Shown here: in pieces, positions 12,551 to 26,080 of the stretch
Layout: each line of letters starts with the position of its first letter
How positions within the stretch are numbered: the first letter of the stretch is position 1
Source of the DNA: Pseudovirgaria hyperparasitica
Lineage: Eukaryota
Direction: 5' to 3' (one strand)
DNA: 64,000 bases
Assembly (NCBI GenBank): GCA_010093815.1
Contig: ML996581.1
Notes under the pieces: model-generated
What the model saw: the letters and a program-made list of their open reading frames with translations, nothing else
Told to the model about the DNA's origin: nothing
Databases searched by the model: none
Translations under genes and position numbers: made by a program

Positions 12551-14396
12551 ATGGGGAGGTCTTCTGAAGACACTCAGGCCAAAGACTTGCCGTCGGAAGC
12601 TCACTCTAGCACGTCCGAAGACCACTCGACATTGCCGGCGATACCTGAGCCGGAGGGCTTTAATCCGGGATGGCGGTTCTTTGCTGCCTTTTCGTCGCTG
12701 TCTGTGATTACACTCATGGCAGCACTGGATGCTACGTCTCTATCGGTGGCCCTGTCGGTATGTTTCTGATATTTTGAACATCTCTGGAGCAAAATCTGAC
12801 ACGCGTTCTTGTTAGATAATGGCTAAAGCTCTTGGTGGCACTGCAATCGAGGCTTTCTGGGCTGGTATGTTGTGCGCTATGCCATCTTAGGAATATTGTT
12901 TACTGACTTTGCCATAGGCACGTCCTTTCTCCTGACCAGCACCGTCTTCCAGCCGATTCTGGGCTCTCTGAGTAGTATCTTTGGACGCAAGCCTCTGATA
13001 TACGTGAGCTTGGTGCTGTTTCTGGCCGGCTCGATAGTCGCTGCTGTTGCGAACAACTTCACGGTCATCCTTGTCGGTCGCAGCATTCAGGGGACAGGAG
13101 GCGGAGGTATCATTGTACTTACTGAGATTGTCGTGACGGACATGGTCCCCCTGAGGGAGCGTGGCAAGTACTTCTCCTTCATATCAGCCATGTGGTCTGT
13201 CGGCACTGTTGTTGGTCCTCTACTCGGTGGTGGCTTCGCGCAGAATGTCTCCTGGCGTTGGATTTTCTGGATCAACCTTGTAGGTCATCCCTTCGTTCCA
13301 TGATATGTGGTGATATGACTAACGCACAACCCAGCCTTTCATCGGAATTGGCGCCGTTATGATCACTCTATTCCTGAAGCTCAACTACATCACAGCCGCA
13401 TTTCTTGACAAGCTCCGCCGCGTCGATTGGCTCGGCATGATCCTCTTCCTGGCGTCCGTCACCGGCTTCCTCATCCCGCTATCCTGGGGTGGCATCATGT
13501 ACGAATGGACCAGCTGGCGGACGCTCGTCCCACTCGTCTTGTGTGGCGCGGGCATGATTGCCTTTGTTGTGCACCAAGAGTGGTTTGCGCCCGAGCCCCT
13601 GATCCGCACCTCTGTATTCAAGAACCGTACGTCGGCGGCCATGTACGCGGGCACGCTGCTGCACGGCATGATCCTCTGGTCTGGACTGTACTATACCCCG
13701 CTATACTTCGAGGCTGTAAAGGGCTTCTCGCCCATCCTTACTGGCGTGGCGCTGTTTCCGCAGACTTTCACTGTTGCGCCGGCGGGTATGGCTGCTGGTG
13801 TGTACATTGCGCTCACGGGCAACTACCGCCGTATCGTGTGGGCTGGTTGGACGCTTACTGTGCTGGGATACGGCTTGTTGCAGCTTCTCGAGGTGGACTC
13901 GTCCACGGCAACGTGGGTGTGCGTCAACATGGTCGCGGGCCTGGGCACGGGTATGCTCTTCCCGGGCATGGGCATCGCGGTGCAAGCTGCTGCCTCGCAG
14001 GCCGATCAAGCGTATGCGGCGACGATGTTCAGCTTCATCCGGGCGTTTGGACAGACGATCGGTGTTGCGGTTGGTGGTGTCATCTTCCAGAATCAGCTCA
14101 AGAAGAAGCTGATGGACTCGGTGGTGTTTGCGCCGGTAGCGGATCTGTACAGCAGAGATGCCAGCGGGCTCGTTGAGATCATCAGGGCTATGCCAGATGG
14201 TGCGGAGAAGCTGGAGCTGCGAGGTGCATATACAGATGCACTGAAGGTGATTTGGCTGGTCATGTGTGTGCTCGGGGGCGTGGCACTGATCCTGTCGGCG
14301 GTATCGAAGCAGTTTTCTCTGGACCAGGAGATGGCAACCGAGCAAGGTTTCCAGCACAAGGAGAAGAAAACCGACGAGGAGAAGACCGCGGCGTAG
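12551..14396 (+). CDS. MFS drug:H+ antiporter, DHA2 (14-TMS) type
   Basis: Introns 12758-12815, 12865-12917 and 13280-13334 splice in frame. Motifs: LMAALDATSLSVAL, motif A-like SSIFGRKP, GRSIQGTGGGG, motif C GTVVGPLLGGGF, WRWIFWINLP. Confidence 0.92.
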
Positions 14397-15747
14397 ATTT
14401 TTTGTTGGGTATGTTGGTGTTGTAATGATATTATGATTGATGTAGTATGGACGGATCCCAGCTCAGCATTGGCGTTTGGTGTGCGAGATATATAGGTAAA
14501 TATAGGCATATAGAGTGTAGTATTCATATTAATATTCCATATTCTAACCTTGATGGGGATGTTAATCTTTAATGGTCTGCGTCGGAGCATTGTGACTTCC
14601 CCTAACATAAGCCAGACCCGATCAGCACCGTCATGGACTCCAGAAATGTGTCTGAGCCGCAATAGTACCCTCTGAAAGCATTCCAAAGGATGAGAATGCT
14701 AAGTCATGGCGATAATGAAGAATATTCCATGGGGTGAGGAGTTGTAGGACAAGATATTTCTGTGATATATCACTTGGACCGTTGTAGGAGAGAGAGGGTA
14801 GTGACTCGTTTTTGATTCTTATGATGGATAGGAAACTGAACTTGTGGGCTGATAGAGCGACGATTTCCCACTATGCTAGAATCATTCACTGATGATGACA
14901 GCTGCGTTAAGCAAATGGCTCATCTTAAAGTGTGAACCGACAAACATAAAGATAGCTCCTCCGTCCTCGGCGTAGCAAGTGATACTTGACGTTTCCGACG
15001 ATCTGTTTACAATTATGGCAATGTCCAAATCTTTCACATTTCACTAGCGAGGCCAGCACAGTACCGAGTCTACGCAATATACCTTCGAGCATAATAAATG
15101 GATCGCCCTACCTGAAAAGGTTCAAAACCTGAGCGACGACCAGTAATGTACTTTCGATGAATGCTGCGAGACAGATTAATACCAAGCGATATACAAAACA
15201 TCACTACGCATTGCTATATCAGTTCAGTTCATGTTTATTGACAGAAGCCTTTTGCGACTACCAGTGTGTTGTTTTCTAGACATTGGAGCTGTGCGAACAG
15301 CTTGGCTTTGAACAAATTCGCGATACGCATTCTATAAGGTATTATCATACAGACTATAGTCATGTAGAGATTATACTTCCTTATGCAGTAGTCAATAAAT
15401 AGATGTGTGGTGATGTCTAGAGAGCGCTGACTCAGTCACGGTGGATCTGACGCGTCGACTGACTCGTTTCAATTCTTCGCGTCTCCACTTCGGAGCTTGA
15501 AGCTTCCCACGTTTACAGCGCTTTGACCCGGAAAGGACGACAACGTCTCCGCCGGGCGCTGGATTCGATCGTCTTATCTCAGTGTTGCCCAATCTCGGCT
15601 CTACCATTCACTGTCTTGTTTGTTGCCAATGATCGCCGTACGGACGCAAACGGGAACTTTGGGAACAGGGACCCAATGTGAAGGCTGCGCAGGATCTGTT
15701 GGAAAGCCTCAATACGTTTCTACTTCGCCGCCTTCTTGTGTGATATA

Positions 15748-17406
15748 ATGCCGCTACTTTCACGACATGGCACCCGCAGTTTGTTGCGCACGGTGAACGG
15801 CAAGACCCACGCCACAGACCAAGACCATGAGGAGGCAAGACCGACTACAACGACAAGCAAGAGGGAAAAGACGAAAGAAGAGATTGAAGAAGAGATCAAT
15901 CGCTCCCCGCGCAGCTCAGACAGCGAGTCTTCGCCTTTGAGGAATGACGCTACACTGGAGGGCAAAAGCTCCAGCAATACCACCAAACGTCCGTCAACAC
16001 CAAACCTCTTCGCAGCGAAGCCGACCAAAAGGACCAACAAGCCCCGAGTCAGAGCTCCAACAAGAGCAGCATGCAACAACTTGAACGAAGCGAGGAAGCG
16101 GAGAGCTGAGAATGAGCACGACGATGTGTCTCCCAAAAAGAGGCCGCTTAGCCCCACACAGTCTGCCGACAGCTGGAATGAAGCCGCTTTCATCAAAGCG
16201 CCAATGCGAAAAATGAAGACAGCAACGTATGGGAGAGCCAACATACGCAAAACCACGTTTGGACCTAGCAAAAGCTCGAGCAGCAGCGCTGGAACAAACA
16301 CGGAAGAGCGATTACATGGGTCAGTGGCGAAGTCGTCAGTGAAGCCAGAGAACGGCATGGCCGCAAGATTTGCAGGGTTGAGCAAACGAGCTTCTCCTGT
16401 GCAAGAAGAGCCTGTGAAGCCAAAGGATGATCTGGGAGCGAGATTCGCCTTGTTGTCGGCGCCCAAACAGATGGAGGACGAACATCCGCCTTCTTCGGCT
16501 GAAAGCCTGAAGGAAAGGTTTACTGGTCTCGGTACGACGGGATCGAGCGTAAGTGTAACAACAGCAACTACATCTGCTCCGAGAAACGACACTCTGAGAT
16601 ACAGCTCCCCTCTCAGTTCTCCACCAGACAGCGAAGCGTCAGATGTCGAAGGACTGGAGTATACAGGCGCTATTTGCCCGTTCTGCAGAGAACCCGTGGA
16701 TCCAACGATACTCCAAGCCTTCCTCGGTACTCGAAGGGCATTGAAAGTCCGACAGCAGAATGAATTCCATGTCGTTCACAAGAAGCATTCTGCGCTACAG
16801 GAATACAGAAAGCAGGGTTATCCCGAGGTCGATTGGGGCAGCTTGGAGAATCGACTCGCCAGCCACCACACCTATCTGGAATCCATTCTCGAGGACAGCG
16901 TTCCGTCCCATTTCCGAAATGTGTTGGCAGACAAGGTAGACAGGGGCAAGGAGCGAACGTTGATCCAGACTGAGAACACAGGTGCTTTGTCGGGCATCAT
17001 GCCTGGCTACTATGGCACGCATGGCGCGCGTTTGATGTAGGTCTCTTTTTTTAAAGATATGGATAAATGTATCTGAACCCGGCACTGACAAGACTGCAGG
17101 GCCGACTACATCATACGCAAGTACGGCACAACACTAAGACACCTCGCCGTGAAGGACAAGACCATTGCGTCTCGTGATACTACGGGATTTGTGCAAGCCG
17201 TGCTAGTCCCAGAGCTTGCCATGAAGCTCATCATGGAAGACATGGACGTGGACGAAGGCCGAGCCCGCGAGATCATGCAGGAAAGTGCGCTTCTAGGAGA
17301 TCTCGTCAACGAGGAGGTCGACGACATATTGCGGATGACACAGGCAGCAAGCCAAAATCTCTCGTATGGACATTCCGAATCTGGATCTGACTCTGACTTG
17401 AAATGA
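15748..17406 (+). CDS. RTC4-like domain protein (restriction of telomere capping 4 family)
   Basis: Low-complexity N-terminus, then CPFC..H..H, YPEVDW, PGYYGTHGARLM. Intron 17037-17099 splices to ADYII..FVQAVLVPELAMKLIMEDM..ES..LGDL, typical of the RTC4 C-terminal domain. Confidence 0.75.
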
Positions 17407-18456
17407 ATGAATGCTTCAATTGATACGTTCATTCTGTACTGTGGATATATATACACTATCCACATTGTGGGGCGGCGCACCCAGCGACGAAGTGAGAGTG
17501 CAGTTTTCATGTTGGAGGTATATATGTACACGGCATTACGGATGGATTGGCATGTATGAATGACTACATTTACGCATTATGGTACAGCAAAGACAGACAG
17601 ACAGCATCTATTTGAGACGGGTCTAGCTAGCCTCATCATCCTTCTTCCATAGAGGTATAAAACTGTTCAGAATTCTCGCTCGTCCCATAATACAAATGGA
17701 CCTTTTGCAGCATCTCATATACATATAGACCAAAAATGGTAATAGTGAATGCAGACAATAATGTTCTCAGCCAGAAAGTGTTAAAAAGATCGGACTACTC
17801 AGTCTGCCAATCACCACCCGGACAAGCCGATGCACATTTGGGGGGGCCCATCACAGACCATCCCAAACAGGAAAGACAAGCTCGTCTCCGATTGGCTGAC
17901 AACAGGTTTACTATCAGTGTAGCCGTGTATCGGGTGCAGGGCCGATTGTACCCGCATAGGGCCGCCCGCATTATCGATTAATTCACTTCTTCATTGGATC
18001 ATCTGAGCTGCGTTGCAGTGTTGCGGTGTTGCGGTGTTGCGGAGTCCTCCCCGCCCTCGCTCTCATACCAACAAAATGGGTCATACTAATACTGTAGCAA
18101 TCGCTAGGCCAAGCCTGGTCTGGTCCGGTCTCGGGCTATTGTCTGTCTGTCTGTCATAGGGCGTGTGTGCGTACGTACTACCGTATGACTCTCTACTCTA
18201 CCACCTGTGGCTATTTTCGTCTTTTACTTCAAACGTCAACTTGAGCCGATACATACCCATTGCCTTGGGTGAACCAGAGAAAAGCATAGAAAGAAAGGAA
18301 GGAAAGAAACATACGCTCGAATTCTCGCTCAACTGACTTTGGCCTCCTGTCCCGTACCAGCTACCAGCTACCAGGTATCAATCAATCAATTATTCATTTA
18401 CTGGCAGCTACCTACCCAGGTCCTCGCTGTACATACATACATACATCAACACCGCC

Positions 18457-20197
18457 ATGGCACCACACGCAGCAACAGAAACAACCGCAATCACCGACAC
18501 CGAGGGCATCCCACTACCAAACCCACTGACCGCCAAGATCCCTATCAATGATATCCTCAACCGCCGCGCAAAGGCACAGCAAGCACAATGGGGCGTCGCA
18601 GCACCCACCAGCATGGACGCATTCAGAATCAACAGACAGCAGCAGCAGGAGCATAAGCCCAAGGCAAAACGCTGGGATCGTAAGTGCACATGATTTATTC
18701 ACTATATGTTTCCCCCCCTCCCCCTTTTTCATTTGACAAACCCCCTCCTGACCTCTCTCTCTCTCTCTCCCCACAGACTACCTATCGCACGAAACAACAT
18801 CGCGCACAGGCTCCGCGCTCAAAGACGCCGCAAAATGGCTCGGCACACCAGGCATCATCTCGCTCGGCGGCGGCCTGCCCTCAAGCGAATACTTCCCCTT
18901 TGCCTCGCTGTCCATCAAAGTGCCACAAGCGCCCTTCTTCAGCGAAGCCGCAACGGCGCAGTCCGGCACCCTCCTAACAGCAGGCAAGCACGATCTCGCC
19001 GAGGGGCTATCCATCTTCGACATTGCGACGGCGTTCAACTACGGGCAGGGCTCGGGGGCCGCACAGCTGCTGCGCTGGATCTCCGAGCACACGGAGCTGG
19101 TGCACGAGCCCGGGTATGCGGATTGGGCGTGTACGATGACGGTGGGGAGCACGGCGGCGCTGGACATGTTGCTGCGCATGTTTACGCGGGCCGGGGATGT
19201 GGTAGTGAGCGAGGAGTACACGTTTGCGTCGGCGGTGGACACGATGCGGCCGCTGGGCGTGCGGGTGGCGGGCGTGGCGGTCGATGCCGAGGGCATGCTG
19301 CCTGCTGCGCTGGACGGGCTGCTCGAGGCGTGGGACCCGGCTGCGCATGCCGGGGCGCGGAAGCCGCGTGTGCTGTACACGGTGCCGAGCGGGCAGAATC
19401 CGACGGGGGCGACGCAGTCTGGCGCGCGGAGGGCGGCGCTGTATGCCGTGTGTCGGAAGCACGATGTCATCGTGTTCGAGGACGAGCCGTACTATTTCCT
19501 GCAGATGGATCCGTATAGCGCTGGGGCTGAGGCGGATACGCCTGCTGCTGCGCCTGCTTCGCTGGCCGAGTTTCTGGACGCGCTGGTGCCGAGCTACCTC
19601 CATCTGGATACGGATGGGCGTGTGGTGCGGCTAGACTCATTTAGCAAGGTGCTTGCGCCGGGCACTCGGATCGGATGGATCACGGGCTCGGAGCAGATTG
19701 TCGGGTTGTTCCGTAAACACGCGGATTTGTGCACGCAGGGGCCGAGCGGGGTCAGCCAGCTGATGGTGTTCAAGCTGTTGGACGAGCACTGGGGCCACGG
19801 CGGCTATCTGGCGTGGCTGATGCATCTGCGCGCCGAGTACACGGCCAGGCGCAATGTGATTCTGCAGGCTGCTGAGCAGCATTTGCCCCGGGAAGTGGTG
19901 CAGTGGACGCCGCCGATGGCAGGCATGTTCTTCTGGATGGGTCTGGATTGGAAACGGCATCCCGACGCCGCGAGCAAGAGCGTGATGGAGATTGAGGAGC
20001 AGGTGTTCATGCGCAGTATCGAGCATGGCGTGTTGGTGATGCGTGGTAGTTGGTTCAGGGCGGATGCAGATAGCGAGATGACGTCGTTGTTTTTCAGGGC
20101 CACGTTCGCGGCTGCGCCGTTTGACAAGATTCAGGAGGCTATACGGAGGTTTGGCGAGGCGATTAGGGTCGAGTTTGGGCTTGTGCAGACGGCGTAG
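18457..20197 (+). CDS. ARO8: Aromatic/aminoadipate aminotransferase (class I PLP-dependent)
   Basis: Intron 18680-18776. Motifs: IISLGGGLPS, YTVPSGQNPTG, EDEPYYFLQM, DSFSKVLAPGTRIGW (PLP lysine), FFRATFAAA. Confidence 0.88.
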
Positions 20198-20396
20198 GGT
20201 TGGGGGTTTGGTGCCGCCGGAAAGTGGAGGAGCACTGTGGATACAAGTAGCAGATCAAAATGATTCACAGCAATGTTTTTGCAAAACTTTTGACCAGTAT
20301 TGAGTATACCCCTGAATGGCTCCATAAATGCTTTAGTATTCATACAGATATCGTGTTTGTATCTGAAAAAAAGGCCATCTCTCTCCACTCTCTTAT

Positions 20397-21087
20397 TCAG
20401 TTGATAAAGTTTACACAAAAGAAGTGTAGAATTAGACTGCCAAAGACAAAGTCCGCGAACGCTCTGTGGATGTGTCAGTTTCTGTGCGCGACGCAGCCAA
20501 GCTAGATGCCACAATCTTACCTCTCATTCGATATGCTCTTGAACTCGTTCTGATTCTCTGGGTTTGTCTGGATGCGCAAGCTCGCCGTGAGCACGAATTG
20601 GCCTACACAAGCGCTAAAGCCCGACAGAAACGCATTGAACGGCTGGATTGTAAACAGTTAGTGAAGAGTTCTTGCAATGCGTAAATTCAGTCTCTCATGG
20701 CTCTTCGCGAGTGTCTGCGCCCAAGCTCTTCGGACCACCTCTTCCCTCTCGCCCCCTCCCACAACGTCCTCCCCATATCAACACCATTCAGTAAGAAGTG
20801 CCACTTACATAATTCCCCACCAGTATAACATAGACAAACTGCAGCGCGCCCACAACCGCAAGAAAGGCCAGGAAAGCATCGAGCAGCTTCGTCCGCTGAG
20901 GCGTGTTCTTCACGTAATTACTCCAGATCTTCTCTGCGATGTCCTTGGCATCGTATTGTGAGGCGGGCTTCGCAGTCGTTTTTGTCGACTTGGATGATTG
21001 TGCGGACGGGACGGCTTGCTGCTGTGACGATAATGTGGTGGTGGGTGTGGAGGAACCGGACGATGCGGCGGTGCGTTTGGGCGCCAT
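20397..21087 (-). CDS. OST2: Oligosaccharyltransferase subunit Ost2/DAD1
   Basis: Introns 20643-20808 and 20464-20520. Spliced product contains [70 protein letters not shown]. Confidence 0.95.
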
Positions 21088-21507
21088 GTCTCTCAATTGG
21101 CGAGCTGAGAAAGGGTTGGGTGAGTGTGTTTGGTTGTCGAGTGCTGGTGGTGCGGTGCTGGAGTGGATTATTATGTATTCCCTCGCTCTGGATTGATGAG
21201 GCCAGAAAGTCGATGGAGCTCGGTTGCTTACGTACGTGTTGCCTGATGGCCTTAGGTACTCGAAATGCCTGAGGTACTCCGTAGCGCCAGCAGTGCAGCC
21301 AATGAGAGCGCGCGGAATGGAGCTTTCCCCGCGAGATGTCGTGATGACAGCGGCGAGGAGCTATAACTGACTATTACGAGAATGGAGCTCCTTTACTTCT
21401 TCGTCTGACACTTATTACACTGTCGCATTGCTTTGTACACAACCACTTGCCAACTACACTCCAGCCATACCCAAACCATCTCATCATATCTCAGCCCTGT
21501 CTTCATC

Positions 21508-21928
21508 ATGGTATGTCTCCTCCGTCATCACCAGCATCAATCCATCAATGTTCCACGCCATAAACATCGTCATCCATAGCCTCGGTCCACCGAACTAACA
21601 ACCCGCGCAGACGACCCTCGAACAAACCGCCTTCATCATCGGAACCCTGACCTCCGTCGGCGGCAGCATCGGCTACTTCCGCACCGGCTCCGTGCCCTCC
21701 ATTGCTGCCGGTTTGACCGTCGGCGCACTGTACGGTCTGGGTGGTCTGCGCATTCAGAACCGCCAGCCTTACGGTGTCGAACTTGCGCTGCTTGCTAGCT
21801 TGGTGCTTGCCGGTAGCTCGATTCCGAGAGCGATCAGGAGTGGGAAGCCGCTTCCTGTTGGATTGAGTGTGTTGGCGACGTATGGACTGTATCAGTTTGG
21901 GACGGCGTGGAATGGCAGGATCCGGTAG
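21508..21928 (+). CDS. TMEM14 / UPF0136 small membrane protein
   Basis: ATG 21508-21510 is followed immediately by intron 21511-21610 (GTATGT..CTAAC..CAG). Exon 2 reads TTLEQTAFIIGTLTSVGGSIGYFRTGSVPSIAAGLTVGALY, with the TMEM14 GY.RTGS.PS..AG signature. Confidence 0.88.
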
Positions 21929-22457
21929 ATGACGTATATTTGGGGAATCGGAGAGTGCTTTCATTTCAGAGGCGGTCTGAGGTGGAGTTGACACTACGAG
22001 GATATGACGTATCAAGAGGCGAGCTATAGGATGAAGAGAAGACATAATATCAATATACAGCAGAGGTGTGGATCATTATCGATGTGAGATGTCATTGTCG
22101 CTCTGCGATCAGACTGACAACAGGCAGCAGCGCAATTGAACCTACACCTCCCATGCCATACCCACCACCATTGCAGCACACCATACACGGGAAGCACTGA
22201 AACACTTTGGTTCGTTCTTCTTTCGCAGATGCTCAGATTAACAAGATGATCGATTGCTAGTTTACAACGTCCAGCCCAGGCTAGTGATCAGGTATTTATA
22301 CATCCGTACCCTCCCAAGTGCTGCTGTGTATATGTGTGCGACCGAACACGCCATCTCCAATGCACCGTCCACATCGCCCTCGATCGCATCTTCTCTTCCC
22401 TTGCATATGTACGTGAAGTCGTCGTAAGTGGCATGAATTGTCGTAGGTTCCCGATGT

Positions 22458-23032
22458 CTAGCAGCAGTCTGCCGCGCACTCGCAGCAATCCGCGCAGCAC
22501 TCGCATCCTTCTTCGCAGAGGAAACAGCAGCACATTACGGCCAGACTGTGTGCGTGGTTAGTCTGTCATGTAGTCTGCTGAATGTCCAAACACAGTTACG
22601 TACCAGGACATGAGACAGCCTCTGTCCTTCTTCTGCCTGGTCTTCTGACCGCCGGCGCTGTACGCCATCTGCATTCGTAGTTAGGCCCTGTCGCATCAGG
22701 CACCGCATATGCTGGGATACGTACCGGCGCTTGTTGGTTGTATCCGCCTGGTGGGAACCCGCCGCCCTGCTGGTATTGAGGGTATCCGCCTTGTTGAGGA
22801 GGGTAATTGCCTTGGGGCGGGCCGTATCCTTGCTGGGGATATCCTCCGCCGTATCTGTTGAAGGCTGCGTGTTAGCAGTGCTTTGTAGGCTCACAACGGT
22901 CCAATGGTGCTCAGACTGCGCCATGGCGAATGGCGATACGTACGATTGCGGTGGCTGCTGAGGATAGCCGCCATGTCCTTGTGGTTGGTTGTAGAACTCG
23001 GCGGCTGCTCCTTGGTTACCGTAGCCCGACAT
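22458..23032 (-). CDS. CYSTM (cysteine-rich transmembrane module) tail-anchored protein
   Basis: Four exons with introns 22855-22943, 22669-22724 and 22546-22603, all with GTACGT donors. The G/Y/P/Q-rich N-terminus is followed by KKDRGCLMSCLAVMCCCFLCEEGCECCADCCECAADCC*. Confidence 0.88.
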
Positions 23033-23088
23033 GGTGATTGTGTACGTTTGCGCTGGCTGGTGTGAGGTGCGTATCGACGAGGCGTAGA

Positions 23089-23091
<3 letters not shown>

Positions 23092-23156
<65 letters not shown>
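23092..23156. repeat. (TG)~32 dinucleotide microsatellite
   Basis: Perfect 65-nt TG run, 60 nt upstream of the CYSTM start codon. Confidence 0.97.
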
Positions 23157-23157
<1 letters not shown>

Positions 23158-24134
23158 AGACGTCTATGAAGCTGGCTAAGGGATGGTAAGAAATGCAGGC
23201 AAACGGATGCGACGAGGCTTTGGCTAGGCTAACTGGGACACGATCGAGAAAGCACGGGAATGGCCGCGTTATCCGTGTAATGACTAATGAAACGTCTATG
23301 TCATACTTATGAAGATCGGGATTTTATTCACTTCCACACCTCCCGTGGTGATCACATGAAGTCTCCAGCCGTCACACCGCAGTAACAAGTAATTAACGTC
23401 TATTAATGCTGAATCTGACGTTGACGTTGCTTGCTGCTGCTGCTGCCAACCAATCACAGCTGACCCCGCCTCCCGGGCCGCAATCAAGAGGTTCTTGTGC
23501 TTAAGCTTTGCCAAGAGGTTGCACAAGGCGGCTTGGCAGATATGTGTCACGTGGCAGTCTATATTAATCCACAGTCGGTCCGTCGGCATAGCATCATAAC
23601 AATGACTTCCACACCGTCTTCTGCTTCATTAGCTTTGAAGTCGCTAGACGATGCCCATATCGGCCACAGCGATACGGTCTTGTCTTGGTTCCCCGGACGT
23701 CGTGTCATATATCGCTCGCATTACTACTTTAATCGTAATGCCGTCTGCATGCTATGGCGATGAAAAAGACGATATATGTTATATATGGTGAATGATGGAG
23801 GTTATACGTATTATCGCTAGAGTTCATGCGATGAAGCTGGGTGGTACGTCATTTTTCAAAAGGGGTCAACTTCCAATATATGGTCGACCACCGACCCCCA
23901 TACCACGGAACGGCCATGCTTCTGATACCATCGCGCTCTGAACATATGGCCAGTACAAAAGATGGCAATTCCCCCAATCTCGTGCAACCTCTACCAATAC
24001 ACTCAAAGCATTTTCTTGCAAGTCTACTGCCCTGATCCGTCTACCAGCTTCTATTCCATTGACTACGCCCACGACCTTACCATCACGAATTCATCACACC
24101 AACACCACTACACCACCACCAACAACGACACATA

Positions 24135-24812
24135 ATGTCACCCTCCCCCATCCAAACCACCACCCACCCCAAGGCACCACCCACACCCCCTCAAACCCCA
24201 TCCCATTCTCCATCTCCACCTCCACATCACCGCCCTCCCCCCAAACCCTCTCACCCAACCGACCACTGCTTCCCCTGCACTCTCTGCCCCAAAGCCTTCA
24301 CCTCCCTCGCCGCCCAGCGCAACCACCAGCACAGCTGCGGATACAACTTCTGCTGCGGCAAGCGCTTCAAGACCGCCAAGCGCCTGCTCCAACACGCCGA
24401 AACCCACTCTTTCACATGCGCTACCTGTGGAAGTGGGTTTGGCACTAGGTATTTCCTCATGCTGCATTTGAGCGAGTGGAGGGCGCATGTTGTTGGTGAG
24501 GGGCTTGTGCAGGCTGTGCAGGCTGAGAGCGAGGAGAGCGGTGGGAGTGTAGGGAGAAAGGAGGAGAGAACAGAGGAGAGTAAGGAAAGTATAGGGAGAA
24601 AGCAGGAGAGGAGGACGACTCCGTACCTCACGCTCGAGATACTGGAATATGAGCGTCTGCACAGGGCTACTGAGGGGCGTGGTATGCAGTGTGCATACTG
24701 TATGACGCAGTTCTGCGAGAACGACGATATCATAACCCACGTGCGAGTGTGCGCGCAAGCACAATGGGCGAAGACGGCATCGTTGTCGAATGGCGTTGAA
24801 GGTTCGGTTTAG
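24135..24812 (+). CDS. C2H2-type zinc-finger protein
   Basis: Intronless 225-aa ORF with a Pro/His-rich N-terminus and Cys/His motifs CTLC..F..H..C, CCGKRF..LLQHAETH, CATC..F..H..H and CAYC..F..H..C. Confidence 0.7.
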   Translation: MSPSPIQTTTHPKAPPTPPQTPSHSPSPPPHHRPPPKPSHPTDHCFPCTLCPKAFTSLAAQRNHQHSCGYNFCCGKRFKTAKRLLQHAETHSFTCATCGSGFGTRYFLMLHLSEWRAHVVGEGLVQAVQAESEESGGSVGRKEERTEESKESIGRKQERRTTPYLTLEILEYERLHRATEGRGMQCAYCMTQFCENDDIITHVRVCAQAQWAKTASLSNGVEGSV

Positions 24813-26080
24813 GTTAATTGTAATTTCAGTTGGCAGGTGCTAGATATGGGAGATTTGCGAACATCGGTGTTCTGCGTGGCAGAAAAGTGATCGTTGCTCA
24901 TGAGTACGTCTGGAAGCGCGGGTGTATGATCGCTTTTGTTGTTTTGGTTACTGCATAGGCTTGCATGGTGGATTTGAGAGGACGCAGCGGGGGAGTACTG
25001 AGTGGTTAGGGGTGTATTTTGGATGTATATAAAGGGCTGATCGATAGTCTAGCCCTGACTCAGGGGTCGTAAGCTCGATGTAACGAATACAAATATAATG
25101 ATGTCTATTTTCTGATTAGCCACGAGACAGAACAGTGATTTGACACGTCTGGACATAGAATCAACGCTCAGCAAAGAGAAACCTTTCAAGACTCCTTGCC
25201 TTACGCAGGCATGTAGTCACCGTATCGTGTGACCAAATATAGACACGCATAACTAACTTACCATCTAGCATTCATTGCACATCCAACATTCTCTACCAAC
25301 GACCAAGCTTTTTCAGAGCACTGGGACGCCAGACAATGGACATGTCAAATCCCATGCGAATTCTCGCGCACGGAAACCGCTGGATCTACATGTTATCTCG
25401 TGCGCGTCAACCCAATACCAGGATATGCCCCTGAGGAAGAAAGCAGCTAATCCCTCGATGAATCCGAACTACGCAGATCCGGTCTCAGGTGAATACTTAA
25501 TCTGCCCGGGGTCACACACATCAAGCCAAGCCAAGTCGCCCGCAGTATCGAGTTCGAGCACTGAATCAATAACGTCTGGAGAGATGACAGGATGGCGTTG
25601 AGCAACGCGTCTGGTGCAGTTGAACTTGTTTGGAAAAATAAAAGTCAGTCGGCAAGTACAAGAATCCCAATACGAAGCCGAGCGCACTAACGTAGCGCTG
25701 GATCATCGACTTTATGAAGCTGCATGGATAGATTACTTGGCATAGTACAGTACAGTAGTCTGCTCAACGATACGGAGTGCATGCGGGATTTGTCTAATGC
25801 GGGTGTTGGAGCAACGGTATCCCGCCTTCTTGCTCGGGCCTTCTCTGCCCGCGGATGCAACGCCGAACGCGAGACGAAGCGGACCCGAAAGATCGGTTCG
25901 GAAGCACCGATATCCATCACATATACCCTATCACTTCGGCATGCTTATCCATCATCTGATAATTGAAACCCACCCCCGCAGACTTTCTCCACTCACTTCT
26001 AGCATACTTGTCTCGGACGTTTCGAAAACATGATATACTGATATAATAGCATCGTCGCAATCTTTTTTTTTTCGCCCCCA

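Noticed and set aside
20643..20808. Longer introns of OST2 (166 nt) and VPS33 (44451-44573) as snoRNA hosts or stwintrons
   Set aside because: No convincing C/D or H/ACA box arrangement was seen, and single-step splicing already restores the conserved frame.
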